DNA of 64,000 nt from Clostridiales bacterium (GTDB lineage Bacteria > Bacillota > Clostridia > Oscillospirales > JAAYOS01): contig JAAYOS010000013.1 in assembly GCA_012520195.1 (NCBI GenBank), positions 35,436-99,435 of the forward strand, in the 5' to 3' direction. Below are positions 48,640 through 58,990 of this stretch, in pieces. The notes beneath the pieces are model-generated. The model made no database searches, was not told the origin of the DNA, and saw only the letters and a list, made by a program, of their open reading frames with translations. Each line of letters starts with the position of its first letter. Position 1 is the first letter of the stretch. A program made the translations under genes and the position numbers.

Positions 48640-49035
48640 ATGATCAGTTCCGGAGAACTTGCGGAAAAAATCGCAGTGTTGCTCGACAATAAAAACGGCT
48701 TTGATATTGAAATTATGAAGATTGAAGAGCTTACAATTCTCTCCGATTACTTTGTGATTTGCTCAGGCACAACAATAACACATCTGCGCGCACTCTCTGA
48801 TGAAATTGAGCTAAAGCTCAAGGAAGAATACTCACTGCTGCCGCGAAGTATTGAGGGGTACGACACAGGCGGATGGATACTCATGGATTACGGTTCTGTT
48901 GTTGTGCATATCTTTACGAGAGAGATGCGCAATCACTATTCACTTGAAAGGCTATGGGCTGATGCTCCGAGAGTAGAGGTCCCCGAAAGTATACTACCAG
49001 CTGGCATGACGGATAAAACGGACTCAGCTGATTAA
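48640..49035 (+). CDS. rsfS: ribosome silencing factor RsfS
   Basis: 131 aa. [21 protein letters not shown] and [14 protein letters not shown] motifs. Confidence 0.9.
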   Translation: MISSGELAEKIAVLLDNKNGFDIEIMKIEELTILSDYFVICSGTTITHLRALSDEIELKLKEEYSLLPRSIEGYDTGGWILMDYGSVVVHIFTREMRNHYSLERLWADAPRVEVPESILPAGMTDKTDSAD

Positions 49036-49067
49036 GAACGTATAGTAGCGATAAGAGGTTATTATTA

Positions 49068-51470
49068 ATGAAGTATGATTATCTGCGTATTGAGAAGAAG
49101 TGGCAGGATATTTGGGATGATGAGTGTATATTTCGAGCTGAGGTAGAACCTGATAAGCCGAAGTTTTATGCCCTTATTGAGTTCCCATACCCTTCAGGAA
49201 ACGGTCTGCATGTCGGACACGCGAGACCTTATACCGCCCTCGATATTCTTTCGCGTAAGCGCAAGAGAGAGGGTTACAATGTTTTGTTTCCGATGGGATG
49301 GGATGCCTTCGGTCTGCCTACAGAAAACTATGCAATAGCAAATAAGGTACATCCTGCTGATGTAACCAGAGAAAATGTTGCAAAATTCAAGAGTCAATGC
49401 AAGCTGTTGGGGTATTCCTTTGATTGGGACCGTGAAATCAACACGACCGAACCTGAGTACTACAAATGGACCCAGTGGATATTCCTAAAGCTTTTTGAGC
49501 ATGGTCTGGCATATAAGGCAAAGATGCCGGTCAACTGGTGCACTTCGTGTAAATGTGTTTTGGCAAACGAAGAAGTTGTAGACGGTGTCTGTGAGCGCTG
49601 TGGCGCCGACGTAGAGCGCAGGGAAAAAAGCCAGTGGATGTTAAAAATCACTGCTTATGCGCAGAAACTGCTTGACGGTTTGAAGGATGTCGACTACCCA
49701 GAGCGTGTTAAGCTCCAGCAGGAAAACTGGATCGGACGTTCAGAAGGAGCAGAAGTGGACTTTAACACAGATGCTGGAGATGTCCTTAAGGTTTTCACTA
49801 CACGGCCTGATACACTTTTCGGTGCAACATACATGGTCCTTTCTCCTGAGCACCCCTATCTGAAAAAGTGGTCGGACAGGCTCAATAACTATGAAGAGAT
49901 CTGTGAGTATGCTCGTCAGGCTGCGCACAAATCGGATTTTGAACGCTCTGAGCTCAACAAGGATAAGACCGGAGTACGTCTTGATGGAGTCAGTGCTATC
50001 AATCCTGTCAACAATGAGTTAATACCTATTTATGTATCGGATTATGTCCTGATGACCTATGGAACCGGTGCCATAATGGCTGTGCCCGGGCACGATACAC
50101 GTGACTGGGAGTTTGCAAAAAAGTTTGATCTCCCTATCGTCGAAGTCGTTGCCGGAGGAGATGTCTCAATAGAACCCTATTTGGATACCGAAACCGGGAC
50201 TATGGTAAACTCGGGATTCCTTAACGGCATGGAAGTGCCCGAAGCTAAGAAAGCAATTATTGAGAGACTATCTGAACTCGGACTTGGCACTCCAATGGTA
50301 AACTATAAACTCAGAGACTGGGTGTTTTCGCGCCAACGCTATTGGGGAGAGCCGATACCCATAATCAACTGCCCCAAATGCGGACACGTTCCGCTCAGAG
50401 AAGAGGACCTTCCGCTCGTTCTTCCGGATGTTGACAGCTATGAGCTTACCGACTCTGGAGAGAGTCCATTATCGCAGATACGTGAATGGGTTGAAGTAGA
50501 GTGTCCGAAATGTGGCGGTCCTGCTGAACGAGAGACAGATACTATGCCTCAGTGGGCAGGTTCAAGCTGGTATTTCCTCAGATATACAGACCCCCACAAC
50601 ACAGAAGAGCTCGCATCGCAGAAAGCCATGGATTACTGGATGCCGGTAGACTGGTATAACGGGGGAATGGAACACACCACACTCCACTTACTATATTCCC
50701 GATTCTGGCACCATTTCCTATACGATATTGGCGTCGTCTCGACAAAAGAGCCATACAAGAAACGTACTAGCCACGGCATGATACTCGGTGATGGTGGAGA
50801 AAAGATGTCAAAATCCCGAGGCAATGTTATTAACCCGAACGACATTGTGAGAGAATACGGCGCTGACACCATGCGTCTCTACATCATGTTCATTGGCGAT
50901 TTTGAGAAGGCTGCAGCATGGTCATCGACAGCTGTTAAGGGCTGCAAGCGATTCCTAGATAGAATCTGGAACCTATATGGTCAGCTAGAGAATTCTGAGA
51001 AGATTTCTAAAGCTAACGAGACAGAAATCCATAAGACAATAAAAAAGGTTACAGGCGATATTGAGGAACTGAAGTTTAACACTGCGATTGCCTCTATGAT
51101 GTCACTACTAAACAAATTCCAGGATAATGGCGCAACAAAGGGCGACTATTCGATTCTACTACAGTTGCTAAATCCCTTTGCACCCCACATTACGGAAGAG
51201 CTGTGGCAGATGCTTGGGCATGACGGGTTGCTTTCTGCAACTCCATGGCCTGCATATGATGAGGAAAAGACAAAAGACGAGCGAATCACATTCGCAATTC
51301 AGGTCAACGGGAAGCTCCGTTCTACAGTTGAGTTGGATGCAGATAGCACCAACGATGAAATTGTGGAGGCGGCAAAGAGGGACGAGAAGGTACAGCGGTT
51401 TATCGCAGATAAGAGTATTGTGAAGACGATCGTCGTTCCGGGCAAGCTTGTCAATCTGATTGCGAAGTAA
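49068..51470 (+). CDS. leuS: leucine--tRNA ligase
   Basis: 800 aa. HVGHARPY (HIGH) and KMSKSRGN (KMSKS) motifs, and a CP1 editing domain. Confidence 0.97.
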   Translation: MKYDYLRIEKKWQDIWDDECIFRAEVEPDKPKFYALIEFPYPSGNGLHVGHARPYTALDILSRKRKREGYNVLFPMGWDAFGLPTENYAIANKVHPADVTRENVAKFKSQCKLLGYSFDWDREINTTEPEYYKWTQWIFLKLFEHGLAYKAKMPVNWCTSCKCVLANEEVVDGVCERCGADVERREKSQWMLKITAYAQKLLDGLKDVDYPERVKLQQENWIGRSEGAEVDFNTDAGDVLKVFTTRPDTLFGATYMVLSPEHPYLKKWSDRLNNYEEICEYARQAAHKSDFERSELNKDKTGVRLDGVSAINPVNNELIPIYVSDYVLMTYGTGAIMAVPGHDTRDWEFAKKFDLPIVEVVAGGDVSIEPYLDTETGTMVNSGFLNGMEVPEAKKAIIERLSELGLGTPMVNYKLRDWVFSRQRYWGEPIPIINCPKCGHVPLREEDLPLVLPDVDSYELTDSGESPLSQIREWVEVECPKCGGPAERETDTMPQWAGSSWYFLRYTDPHNTEELASQKAMDYWMPVDWYNGGMEHTTLHLLYSRFWHHFLYDIGVVSTKEPYKKRTSHGMILGDGGEKMSKSRGNVINPNDIVREYGADTMRLYIMFIGDFEKAAAWSSTAVKGCKRFLDRIWNLYGQLENSEKISKANETEIHKTIKKVTGDIEELKFNTAIASMMSLLNKFQDNGATKGDYSILLQLLNPFAPHITEELWQMLGHDGLLSATPWPAYDEEKTKDERITFAIQVNGKLRSTVELDADSTNDEIVEAAKRDEKVQRFIADKSIVKTIVVPGKLVNLIAK

Positions 51471-51476
51471 AAATTC

Positions 51477-51505
51477 TTGACATTCAAATACACCGATAGT
51501 ATAAT
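51477..51505 (+). promoter_or_regulatory. consensus sigma-A promoter for rpsU
   Basis: TTGACA (51477-51482), exactly 17 nt, TATAAT (51500-51505). Confidence 0.75.
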
Positions 51506-51543
51506 AAGGATGTTACTTCGTACTCGGAGGGAGGGAAAATTTA

Positions 51544-51726
51544 ATGTCTGAAATCCATGTAAAGGATAACGAGTCCCTAGACAGTGCCCTTAAGCGCTTT
51601 AAGCGTAGTTGCTCAAAGGCTGGCGTTCTTTCCGAGATTCGAAGGAGAGAGCACTATGAGAGCCCCAGCGTCAAAAGACGCAAGAAATCTGAGGCTGCTA
51701 GAGCAAAAAAAAGGAAATATAGGTAG
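51544..51726 (+). CDS. rpsU: 30S ribosomal protein S21
   Basis: 60 aa. [37 protein letters not shown]. Confidence 0.95.
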   Translation: MSEIHVKDNESLDSALKRFKRSCSKAGVLSEIRRREHYESPSVKRRKKSEAARAKKRKYR

Positions 51727-51734
51727 TTTTCATT

Positions 51735-51763
51735 GAGGCTGTGCCGCAGGCACAGCCTCTTTT
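51735..51763. terminator. rho-independent terminator after rpsU (also faces the convergent GH18-like gene)
   Basis: GAGGCTGTGCC-GCA-GGCACAGCCTC followed by TTTT. Confidence 0.88.
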
Positions 51764-51776
51764 GACTTTGTCGCAT

Positions 51777-52565
51777 CTAGTTGCTTTGAAAGGACTTCAG
51801 CTTTTCTATGTATTGCCTAACATCCTCATAAAGGATAAAGGCTTGCTTTATTCCAACTCTCCTTGCGGTCTCAAGCTTTCTTACCATACTTCTCTCATCG
51901 TCATACAGGACAAAATGGCTACTGTTTGCATTATCACGATATGTAAAATAATACGAACAGAGCTCGTGGGAATAATACGACAGGGGCCTGTACTCCCGTA
52001 TAAGCTCAACAAGTTTTGATCTCGTTATTGTAGTTCGCTCTCCTGAGGGAGAAGGTATAACGATATCAACACATATAGGGTCATAGTATAGTGCAATCCG
52101 TTGGGATGGGTATCTCTCGATTGCATTACTCATTGATTCAACAAATGAGCCTGCGGTAACCGCTGACGATATGAGCACATGAGATTTCGGCGCATGATCT
52201 GCGTAGGTAGCCGGGACATACAGGTCTATACCCAAGTCTGGGAACATATTTTCGGCTTCATACAGAAAACGAATTAGCCTTTCGTCGGCACTCTTCTCGA
52301 AATCACACAGTATCCCGGAGTAGCCCCTCAAATCGCACTCGCGCTTTATGTCATGTAGAAGTATAGATGAATATATTTCAGTGTACTCAAGACCGAAATT
52401 GGATAGGAGCATTATTCCTTTTCTGACATTAACGCCGACTCCGCTGCGGTATAACCGAAAGTCTTTTCCGATTCTATACGCCATGTGGCAAAGCGGGAAG
52501 CCTTCCTGTGATGCCTGCGTCGTTTCGGCAGGAGAAACACAGAGATAAACCTTAAAATCCTCCAT
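51777..52565 (-). CDS. GH18-like (spore-type YaaH/YdhD-like fold) protein without LysM domains
   Basis: GILCDFE resembles the GH18 D-x-E catalytic strand. C-terminal SHFVLYDDERSMVRKLETARRVGIK resembles the GH18 H-x-V-W-x-D-D-x-x-S segment. Start set at ATG 52565 (MEDFKVYL) behind GGGGG. Family call is from memory. Confidence 0.5.
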   Translation of the reverse strand: MEDFKVYLCVSPAETTQASQEGFPLCHMAYRIGKDFRLYRSGVGVNVRKGIMLLSNFGLEYTEIYSSILLHDIKRECDLRGYSGILCDFEKSADERLIRFLYEAENMFPDLGIDLYVPATYADHAPKSHVLISSAVTAGSFVESMSNAIERYPSQRIALYYDPICVDIVIPSPSGERTTITRSKLVELIREYRPLSYYSHELCSYYFTYRDNANSSHFVLYDDERSMVRKLETARRVGIKQAFILYEDVRQYIEKLKSFQSN

Positions 52566-52732
52566 TTTTACCCCCATTTTTCCAGTGTGATCGATAACCC
52601 ATAGCTTCATATACAGAGCAAGCGGTACTTGTACGCCTTTTGAAAAAATGTTATACTTTACTCTATGGAGCAGCACACACTTCTAAAATAATCAACTCTG
52701 ACAATAAAAGATATGAGAGCTCCGGGCATATA

Positions 52733-53341
52733 ATGACATATAATAATAGCGATAGTAAAAAAGCAGAAGCATATAGTGCAAGCGTTGAAAGTGAGGATGT
52801 TTTATTGTCTAACTTGGCGAAACCATCTATAAAGTCTTTTTTTCTCCCAGATGCGGTATATGATAAGGTAACTGACATTGAAGCGAAGACACTTGTTGAA
52901 ATGGGAATCAGGGGTCTCGCGCTCGATGTTGACAATACAATTGCAAAATATTCAGAGGACCTGCCTGCACCTGAGATAATCAGTTGGATAAAGAAGTTGC
53001 GTGAAGAGGGTTTTTCATTGGTCATAGTATCAAATAGCCGTAAGCAGGAACGTGTCCCCAAAATTAGTCGTGCGCTCGATTTACAATATATCGTAAGGGC
53101 TGGAAAGCCTAGCAGAAGGGGATTTATCGAGGCGACAAGGATCCTAGATATGGAGCCGAAAGACGTTGCGGTCGTAGGCGACCAGATATTTACTGATGTT
53201 TTGGGGGCTAAGAGAGCCGGCTGCAAGGCTATCATCGTTTATCCGAGAGGGATATCCGAAAACCCCCTTTTTAGACTAAGACGCTTAATCGAGACCCCGT
53301 TTATCCGAATTGCAAAGAAATCGTTGAAAGGAGGGGTCTAA
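52733..53341 (+). CDS. yqeG: YqeG family HAD-IIIA phosphatase
   Basis: FFLPDAVY ... GLALDVDNTI ... VIVSNS ... AGKP ... VVGDQIFTDVLGA, collinear with B. subtilis YqeG. Start uncertain: ATG 52733, or TTG 52805 behind GTGAGGA. The track start is TTG 52640. Confidence 0.8.
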   Translation: MTYNNSDSKKAEAYSASVESEDVLLSNLAKPSIKSFFLPDAVYDKVTDIEAKTLVEMGIRGLALDVDNTIAKYSEDLPAPEIISWIKKLREEGFSLVIVSNSRKQERVPKISRALDLQYIVRAGKPSRRGFIEATRILDMEPKDVAVVGDQIFTDVLGAKRAGCKAIIVYPRGISENPLFRLRRLIETPFIRIAKKSLKGGV

Positions 53342-54198
53342 TGGCTGTTCTTTTCGGTACAGCCGGAAACCCGGATATTTTCCTGGAGACGGTAAGTAAA
53401 GCTTCGGTGGACATGCCCAGATGGCTGAGTGAAATTGGGTTGGATGCATACGAGTACCAATGCGGAAACGGTGTGCGTATAGGCGAAGTTACAGCCAAAA
53501 AGATCGGGGATGAAGCGGCGCGTCACAAAATAACGATGTCGGTCCACGCACCCTACTACATAAGCCTTTCAAATCCTCTGTACTTAGAAAAAAATATAAA
53601 ATATGTACTTGACTGTTGCCGGGTAATAAGATACATGGGAGGCAAAAGAATAATCCTCCACTCGGGATCTGTCGGTAAGGTTTCCAGAGAGGAAGCCATG
53701 AACGAGGCACGAAAAACCTTGAAAGCAATACTTTCGGAAATGGATAATGCCGGGTACGGCGATCTGGTACTCTGTCCCGAAACAATGGGGAAGATAAACC
53801 AGTTGGGTACCCTTGAGGAAGTTCTTTCACTGTGCTCAATAGATGAGCGTCTGATTCCCTGTATTGATTTTGGACATCTCTACGCAAGAAGCATTGGAGA
53901 GATGGATGGATACAAAATGTTCGCCGGGCTCTTTGATAGGATGGAGACCGTTTTAGGATACGAGCGTGCATCTACGTTTCACTCACATTTTTCAAAGATT
54001 GAATACTCCAAGGGTGGAGAAAGAAGACATCTCACATTCGACCAATCTGAGTTCGGTCCGGACTTTGAACCGATTGCATGGCTCGTGTGCGAGCGCAATT
54101 ACACACCAGTTTTCATCTGTGAATCAGCGGGAACACAGTCCATAGATGCGCTTGAAATGAAGAGACTGTATCTTAACAGATGCATTGAAATACAGTAA
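53341..54198 (+). CDS. endonuclease IV-like / AP endonuclease family 2 TIM-barrel protein
   Basis: The spaced motifs SVHAPYY, ILHSG, CPETMG, IDFGH, HSHFS and ICES follow the metal-ligand order of the Nfo fold. TAATG coupling to yqeG. Confidence 0.55.
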   Translation: MAVLFGTAGNPDIFLETVSKASVDMPRWLSEIGLDAYEYQCGNGVRIGEVTAKKIGDEAARHKITMSVHAPYYISLSNPLYLEKNIKYVLDCCRVIRYMGGKRIILHSGSVGKVSREEAMNEARKTLKAILSEMDNAGYGDLVLCPETMGKINQLGTLEEVLSLCSIDERLIPCIDFGHLYARSIGEMDGYKMFAGLFDRMETVLGYERASTFHSHFSKIEYSKGGERRHLTFDQSEFGPDFEPIAWLVCERNYTPVFICESAGTQSIDALEMKRLYLNRCIEIQ

Positions 54199-54261
54199 TG
54201 TGCTTACTGCTGCACAAAACGCATGCAGATATTTTAAGATGTGAAAAGGGAGAGTATAATC

Positions 54262-55326
54262 ATGAACAATGCTGGAAAGCTTAAGGCACTTCTTGAAAAG
54301 CACGAGGTTGACGCCCTGCTTCTCACTACCCCAGAAAACCGGTTCTATGCAACCGGTTTTAACTCATCAGCTGGTGTGGCTATAGTTACATCGGAGAAAA
54401 ACTACTTCTTCACTGACTTCAGGTATATTGAGGCCGCTAATGATATAGACAATTTCGAAGTGGTGATGACTGACAGCAACAACAAATACCACACGCTGAT
54501 AAACAGAACTGTTGAGGCACATAATATTAGTCGATTAGGGTTTGAGGATTTGAGGATGAGCGTATCCGAACATAAATCCTTGAAGGAAAAGGTTGGAGCG
54601 GAACTCGTTCCTCTCGGTAATGCATTATTTGACGCGCGCTCATCAAAAGAGCCGTGGGAGCTCGAGCGGATGCGCACAGCGCAGTCAATCGCCGAGAAGG
54701 CCTTGGACGAGGTTCTGCAACTCATTGAGCCCGGTCTGACCGAAAAGGCGATCGCGGCTGAAATCATTTATCGTATGCTCAGAAATGGTGCAGACGACAT
54801 ATCGTTCAATCCGATTGTTGTATCAGGTAAGAACTCATCAAAGCCGCACGGTGTACCGACTGACAAGAAGATTGAGAAAGGCGACTTTATCACAATGGAT
54901 TTCGGGTGCATCTATAAGGGCTATTGCTCTGACATGACAAGGACAGTCGCCGTGGGCTACGCAACAGATACCATGCGAGAGATTTACGAAGTAGTGCTTG
55001 ATGCCCAGCTTGCAGGCATTGCAGTAGCTAAAGCAGGTATCGTTGGCAGCGAAGTTGATGCAGCCGGTCGTAAAGTCATTGATGATGCTGGTTACGGTGA
55101 GTACTTCGGTCACGGCTTTGGACACAGTCTGGGTATTGAGATTCACGAGCCCCCTAACGCATCGGCTACCGAGACTTCAGTACTACCCAAGGGCGCGGTT
55201 ATATCAGCGGAACCGGGCATTTATATACCCGGTCAGTTCGGTGTACGTATTGAGGACGTCCTCATTCTCGGCGAGGATGGATGTGAAAACATAACAAAAG
55301 CAAAAAAAGAGCTCATAATTCTCTAA
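54262..55326 (+). CDS. M24 family Xaa-Pro peptidase
   Basis: Creatinase-like N-domain plus pita-bread motifs (DFGCIYKGYCSDMTRT, HGFGHSLGIEIHE, EPGIY, RIED). Sits upstream of efp, as yqhT does in Bacillus. Confidence 0.9.
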   Translation: MNNAGKLKALLEKHEVDALLLTTPENRFYATGFNSSAGVAIVTSEKNYFFTDFRYIEAANDIDNFEVVMTDSNNKYHTLINRTVEAHNISRLGFEDLRMSVSEHKSLKEKVGAELVPLGNALFDARSSKEPWELERMRTAQSIAEKALDEVLQLIEPGLTEKAIAAEIIYRMLRNGADDISFNPIVVSGKNSSKPHGVPTDKKIEKGDFITMDFGCIYKGYCSDMTRTVAVGYATDTMREIYEVVLDAQLAGIAVAKAGIVGSEVDAAGRKVIDDAGYGEYFGHGFGHSLGIEIHEPPNASATETSVLPKGAVISAEPGIYIPGQFGVRIEDVLILGEDGCENITKAKKELIIL

Positions 55327-55406
55327 AACACGTTGCACTAATACGTGCGATGTTATAGAATATGATAGTTAAAACGAGTATATAGAGCTAACATTGGGAG
55401 GTTAAT

Positions 55407-55967
55407 ATGATTTCAGCCGGTGAATTCAGAAACGGTATTACATTTGAGTTAGATGGACAGGTCATGCAGGTGGTCGAGTTTCAGCACGTTAAGCCTGGAA
55501 AGGGAGCTGCCTTTGTTCGCACAAAACTGAGGAATGTAATAAGCGGGGGTATGGTAGAAAAGACATTCAGCCCCACCGAAAAAGTGCCCACTGCATTTGT
55601 CGAAAGAAAAGAAATGCAGTATCTGTATAAGGACGACTCACTCTACTATTTTATGGACAATGAGACTTATGAGCAGATTCCTCTTAACGAGGACAAGCTT
55701 GATGACAATTTCAAATTTGTTAAAGAAAACGAGATTGTTAAAGTGCTTTCCTACAAAGGAAACGTATTCGGCGTAGAACCGCCAAATTTTGTTGAGCTTG
55801 AAGTAGTAGATACCGAGCCCGGAGTCAGGGGAGACACTGCGACAAACGTTACAAAACCTGCAACCCTTGAGACCGGTGCACAGATCAAGGTTCCAATCTT
55901 TATTAATGCAGGTGAGGTAATTCGAATCGACACCAGGTCGGGAGAATACCTCGAACGTGCAAAATAA
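55407..55967 (+). CDS. efp: elongation factor P
   Basis: [43 protein letters not shown]. 186 aa. Confidence 0.96.
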   Translation: MISAGEFRNGITFELDGQVMQVVEFQHVKPGKGAAFVRTKLRNVISGGMVEKTFSPTEKVPTAFVERKEMQYLYKDDSLYYFMDNETYEQIPLNEDKLDDNFKFVKENEIVKVLSYKGNVFGVEPPNFVELEVVDTEPGVRGDTATNVTKPATLETGAQIKVPIFINAGEVIRIDTRSGEYLERAK

Positions 55968-55986
55968 TTGCAAAATGGAGTTAACT

Positions 55987-56430
55987 ATGGAAGTAAATGA
56001 AAGAGCATCCTATTTGAAAGGCCTTGCAGAAGGGCTTGAACTTGACAACACAAAGCCGGAGCATAAGATTATCAGTGCATTGATCGATGCCGTAGGCGAA
56101 ATTTCTGAGGAGTTACAGCAAATCCGCAGTTATCTTGTAGACCTGAGTGAAGATATCGAGATGCTCGACCAAGAGATGGAGCTCATTTGGGATGAGACAG
56201 AGGACCTATTAAGCGATGAGTCCGAAGATAAGGGCTGTGGACATGACTGCTGTTGCGGAGATGATGAATACGAACATCTTGAACTGGATTGCCCAGCTTG
56301 TTGCGAGCCAGTCGCCATAAGCGAGGACATGTTTTCAGACGGACATTTTGCATGTCCACATTGCGGTGAAGCGCTCGAGATCGATTTAGGTGAGGAGACA
56401 CCTTTCGATTTTGAAGATGAGGATGAATAG
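55987..56430 (+). CDS. acidic protein with C-terminal CxxC...CxxC zinc ribbon (possibly the family annotated 'CD1247 N-terminal domain-containing')
   Basis: N-terminal ERASYLKGLAEGLELD helix, a very acidic middle, and C-terminal CPACCEP ... CPHCGE. ATG 55987 is 6 nt after TGGAG. The family name is recalled, not verified. Confidence 0.6.
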   Translation: MEVNERASYLKGLAEGLELDNTKPEHKIISALIDAVGEISEELQQIRSYLVDLSEDIEMLDQEMELIWDETEDLLSDESEDKGCGHDCCCGDDEYEHLELDCPACCEPVAISEDMFSDGHFACPHCGEALEIDLGEETPFDFEDEDE

Positions 56431-56502
56431 TGTGCTGAGTATTTAGTGGGCGTATCCTATTCTGATTTGTAACAGTTGGACACTTCTCTAGTATTGCATA
56501 AA

Positions 56503-56548
56503 AAGGTGTTGCGGCAAGAGGATAATTATCCTTTTGCCGCAACACCTT
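56503..56548. terminator. long perfect hairpin, bidirectional terminator between convergent genes
   Basis: AAGGTGTTGCGGCAA / TTGCCGCAACACCTT enclosing the nested palindrome AGGATAATTATCCT. A run upstream, T/C run downstream. Confidence 0.75.
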
Positions 56549-56642
56549 CTATTAGACATCTACAGGACCATTCCAAATCATTAAAGGAGTAATCCGTTAT
56601 AGTACTTTCACTAAAGGAGTCAAATTTCAATATGTTAGTACA

Positions 56643-58913
56643 TTATTGGCCGGCCTTATAGTAGTTTATTAGGTTTCCGGCCAGGATAATGTCGCGCTCG
56701 TCCTTAGTTATGCCAGGAAGATTTAAGGTTATATCTGTTGTATTTTCCCCCTGAATAAGGGCAGCCGCAATTTTAGCATCACCGTTCTCCAGTGCTCTAC
56801 GGATATTTGGAACAGCGATGCGGTCACCTGGAGCTATACCAAAGCTTTCCGCTTTTTCGAGTGTGAAGGGGAGCATGCCCCAGTTGATCACATTTGAGCG
56901 ATACCGCTTTGTTGCATAGTCACTTGTGATGTTGGCAACGCCTCCGAGAACGCGTTGACAGGATGCCGCCTGCTCGCGTGCAGAGCCGTCTCCGGGCTTT
57001 AGAGCGAACACAGCAGAGCCAATGCCCCATAATCTATAATCACGCCCTCCAAGGAACTTTTCTAGCGCCCCCAACGGCTCCGAGAGCCCTGATTCGGTAT
57101 CAAGGAGGTTGCGTCGCTCGGTTTCCAGTGCCTGGATGCTTTCAGCTCTCCTAACATATTGAGGATCCTTACGAGAGAGTGTAAAGGATGCCAGTTTTTT
57201 CGGATTGGAACGGTATGAAGAGGTCTCACCGGATGGTATCAACTCATCAGTGGTTGTAACAGGGTCATATATGGCGGAAGCAATACCAATAAGCAGGTTT
57301 TCTGGCAGAGGTATTTGCTCCGGCCAATCAGCTATGTTAGGCCCAAAAACAAGCTTTGCGTTTTTATCAGGATTTCCGTAACCGTTGTATACACGGTTTT
57401 TGTACGGTGCGTCGTTAAAGATATAGTCTGTTTCCACTGTATCTATAGGCGGGTTTTCAAGATCGGTTGCCGAAGTTAGAGCTCCACCGTTGAGCGCTGT
57501 GGCAGCTATTGAGCGCGCGTCCATAAGAGCAACATAAGAGACTTGCCCCTCGGAAGGCTTTGAACCCTCTCTATTCGGGAAATTCCGCGTTGCATGACGA
57601 ATGGAGAATCCGCCATTTCCAGGCACATCCCCTGCGCCAAAGCACGGACCGCAGAAAGCAGAGCGGACAATGGCTCCAGAGTTCATTAGATCTGTTAATG
57701 TGCCGTTATCTGTGAGCTGTATCATCATTGGCTGGCTTGCGGGATACACAGATAGCGAGATTCCTGTATTGCCCAGTGATGAGCCTTTAAGTATCGCGGC
57801 CATCTGTCTGATACTCTGGTAGAGTCCACCCGAACACCCTCCAACAAAGGCTTGATCGACGTAGAACCTGCCGTCACGCACCTTGGAGCGGAGGGATGGT
57901 GCAGGAAAATCAAGGTTTAGAAGTTCTACTGCGTTCTTCTCAACCTCAAAAAGAATGTCCTCGGGATTTTCATTGAACTCACGAATCGTATAGCAGTTTG
58001 ACGGATGGAAGGGAAGAGCTATCATCGGCTCAATCTCATCGAGGTTTACTACAATCGCACCGTCATAACACGCGCCATCTATAGGATTCAACTCAGTATA
58101 ATCATCCGGGCGGCCATGAATACTCAGAAAATCACTAACAACCTTGTCTGTTCTCCAGACTGAACTGAGACAGGTGGATTCTGTAGTCATTACATCAATA
58201 CCGAATCGATAGTCCATCGAAAGGTTAGAGACCCCGGGACCAATAAACTCAAGTACCTTATTCTTAACGATCTCATCATCAAAGGTCGCTTTTATAATTG
58301 CAAGTGCGACGTCCTGTGGTCCTACTCCAGGCCGAGGTCTTCCTTCAAGCCATACTGCAATTACATCTGGGTATTTAATGTCGTAGGTGCGGCCAAGGAG
58401 CTGCTTTACAAGCTCTGGTCCTCCTTCGCCAACAGATAGAGTGCCTGCAGGGCCATAGCGGGTGTGGCTATCCGAGGCCAGTATCATCTTTCCGCAGCCT
58501 GCGTAACGTTCGCGCATATACTGATGTATTACTGCCAGATGTGCAGGCACGAACTCTCCGCCAAATCTCTTAGCTGCCGACAGACCAAAGAGATGGTCAT
58601 CCTCATTAATAGTGCCTCCAACAGCGCAGAGACTATTATGGCAGTTTGTTAGCACATAAGGTAACGGGAAAGCCTCAAGACCGCTTGCACGCGCAGTCTG
58701 AATGATTCCCACATATGTTATGTCATGTGATGCCATAGCATCGACCCGTAGCCGCAGGTTTTCGATATCGTCAGATGTATTATGCGAGGACAATATTGAG
58801 TATGTGATGGTTCTGGACTTCCCTACTTCACCTGCGATTCTATCCGATCCTTCTGAATAGGGGACCAGCCTATCGCCAACGAGCTTCATTCTCTGTTGAA
58901 ATATCTTTATCAA
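56643..58913 (-). CDS. aconitase-family hydratase (aconitate hydratase-like)
   Basis: 756 aa. ILASDSHT, CGPCFGAG (Fe-S Cys ligands), and a swivel-domain C-terminus. TTG start behind AAGGAGG. Confidence 0.75.
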   Translation of the reverse strand: MIKIFQQRMKLVGDRLVPYSEGSDRIAGEVGKSRTITYSILSSHNTSDDIENLRLRVDAMASHDITYVGIIQTARASGLEAFPLPYVLTNCHNSLCAVGGTINEDDHLFGLSAAKRFGGEFVPAHLAVIHQYMRERYAGCGKMILASDSHTRYGPAGTLSVGEGGPELVKQLLGRTYDIKYPDVIAVWLEGRPRPGVGPQDVALAIIKATFDDEIVKNKVLEFIGPGVSNLSMDYRFGIDVMTTESTCLSSVWRTDKVVSDFLSIHGRPDDYTELNPIDGACYDGAIVVNLDEIEPMIALPFHPSNCYTIREFNENPEDILFEVEKNAVELLNLDFPAPSLRSKVRDGRFYVDQAFVGGCSGGLYQSIRQMAAILKGSSLGNTGISLSVYPASQPMMIQLTDNGTLTDLMNSGAIVRSAFCGPCFGAGDVPGNGGFSIRHATRNFPNREGSKPSEGQVSYVALMDARSIAATALNGGALTSATDLENPPIDTVETDYIFNDAPYKNRVYNGYGNPDKNAKLVFGPNIADWPEQIPLPENLLIGIASAIYDPVTTTDELIPSGETSSYRSNPKKLASFTLSRKDPQYVRRAESIQALETERRNLLDTESGLSEPLGALEKFLGGRDYRLWGIGSAVFALKPGDGSAREQAASCQRVLGGVANITSDYATKRYRSNVINWGMLPFTLEKAESFGIAPGDRIAVPNIRRALENGDAKIAAALIQGENTTDITLNLPGITKDERDIILAGNLINYYKAGQ

Positions 58914-58953
58914 AAGTTATCCTCCTTAAGTGTTCTCTTTGTCTCTTATTGAA

Positions 58954-58983
58954 ATATTAACACACCTTAATTATCCCGGTCAA
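58954..58983 (-). promoter_or_regulatory. candidate sigma-A promoter for the aconitase-family gene
   Basis: Minus strand reads TTGACC, an 18-nt spacer ending TGT (extended -10), then TAATAT, about 40 nt upstream of the TTG start. Confidence 0.5.
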
Positions 58984-58990
58984 GAAATAG

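Noticed and set aside
52663-53235. 190-aa minus-strand ORF
   Set aside because: Antisense to yqeG, which aligns collinearly with B. subtilis YqeG.
56582-56661. duplicated TAAAGGAGT RBS-like words and a 9-codon ORF (ATG 56632)
   Set aside because: The ORF is only MLVHYWPAL and overlaps the 3' end of the convergent aconitase-family gene. The RBS-like words have no suitably spaced start codon.
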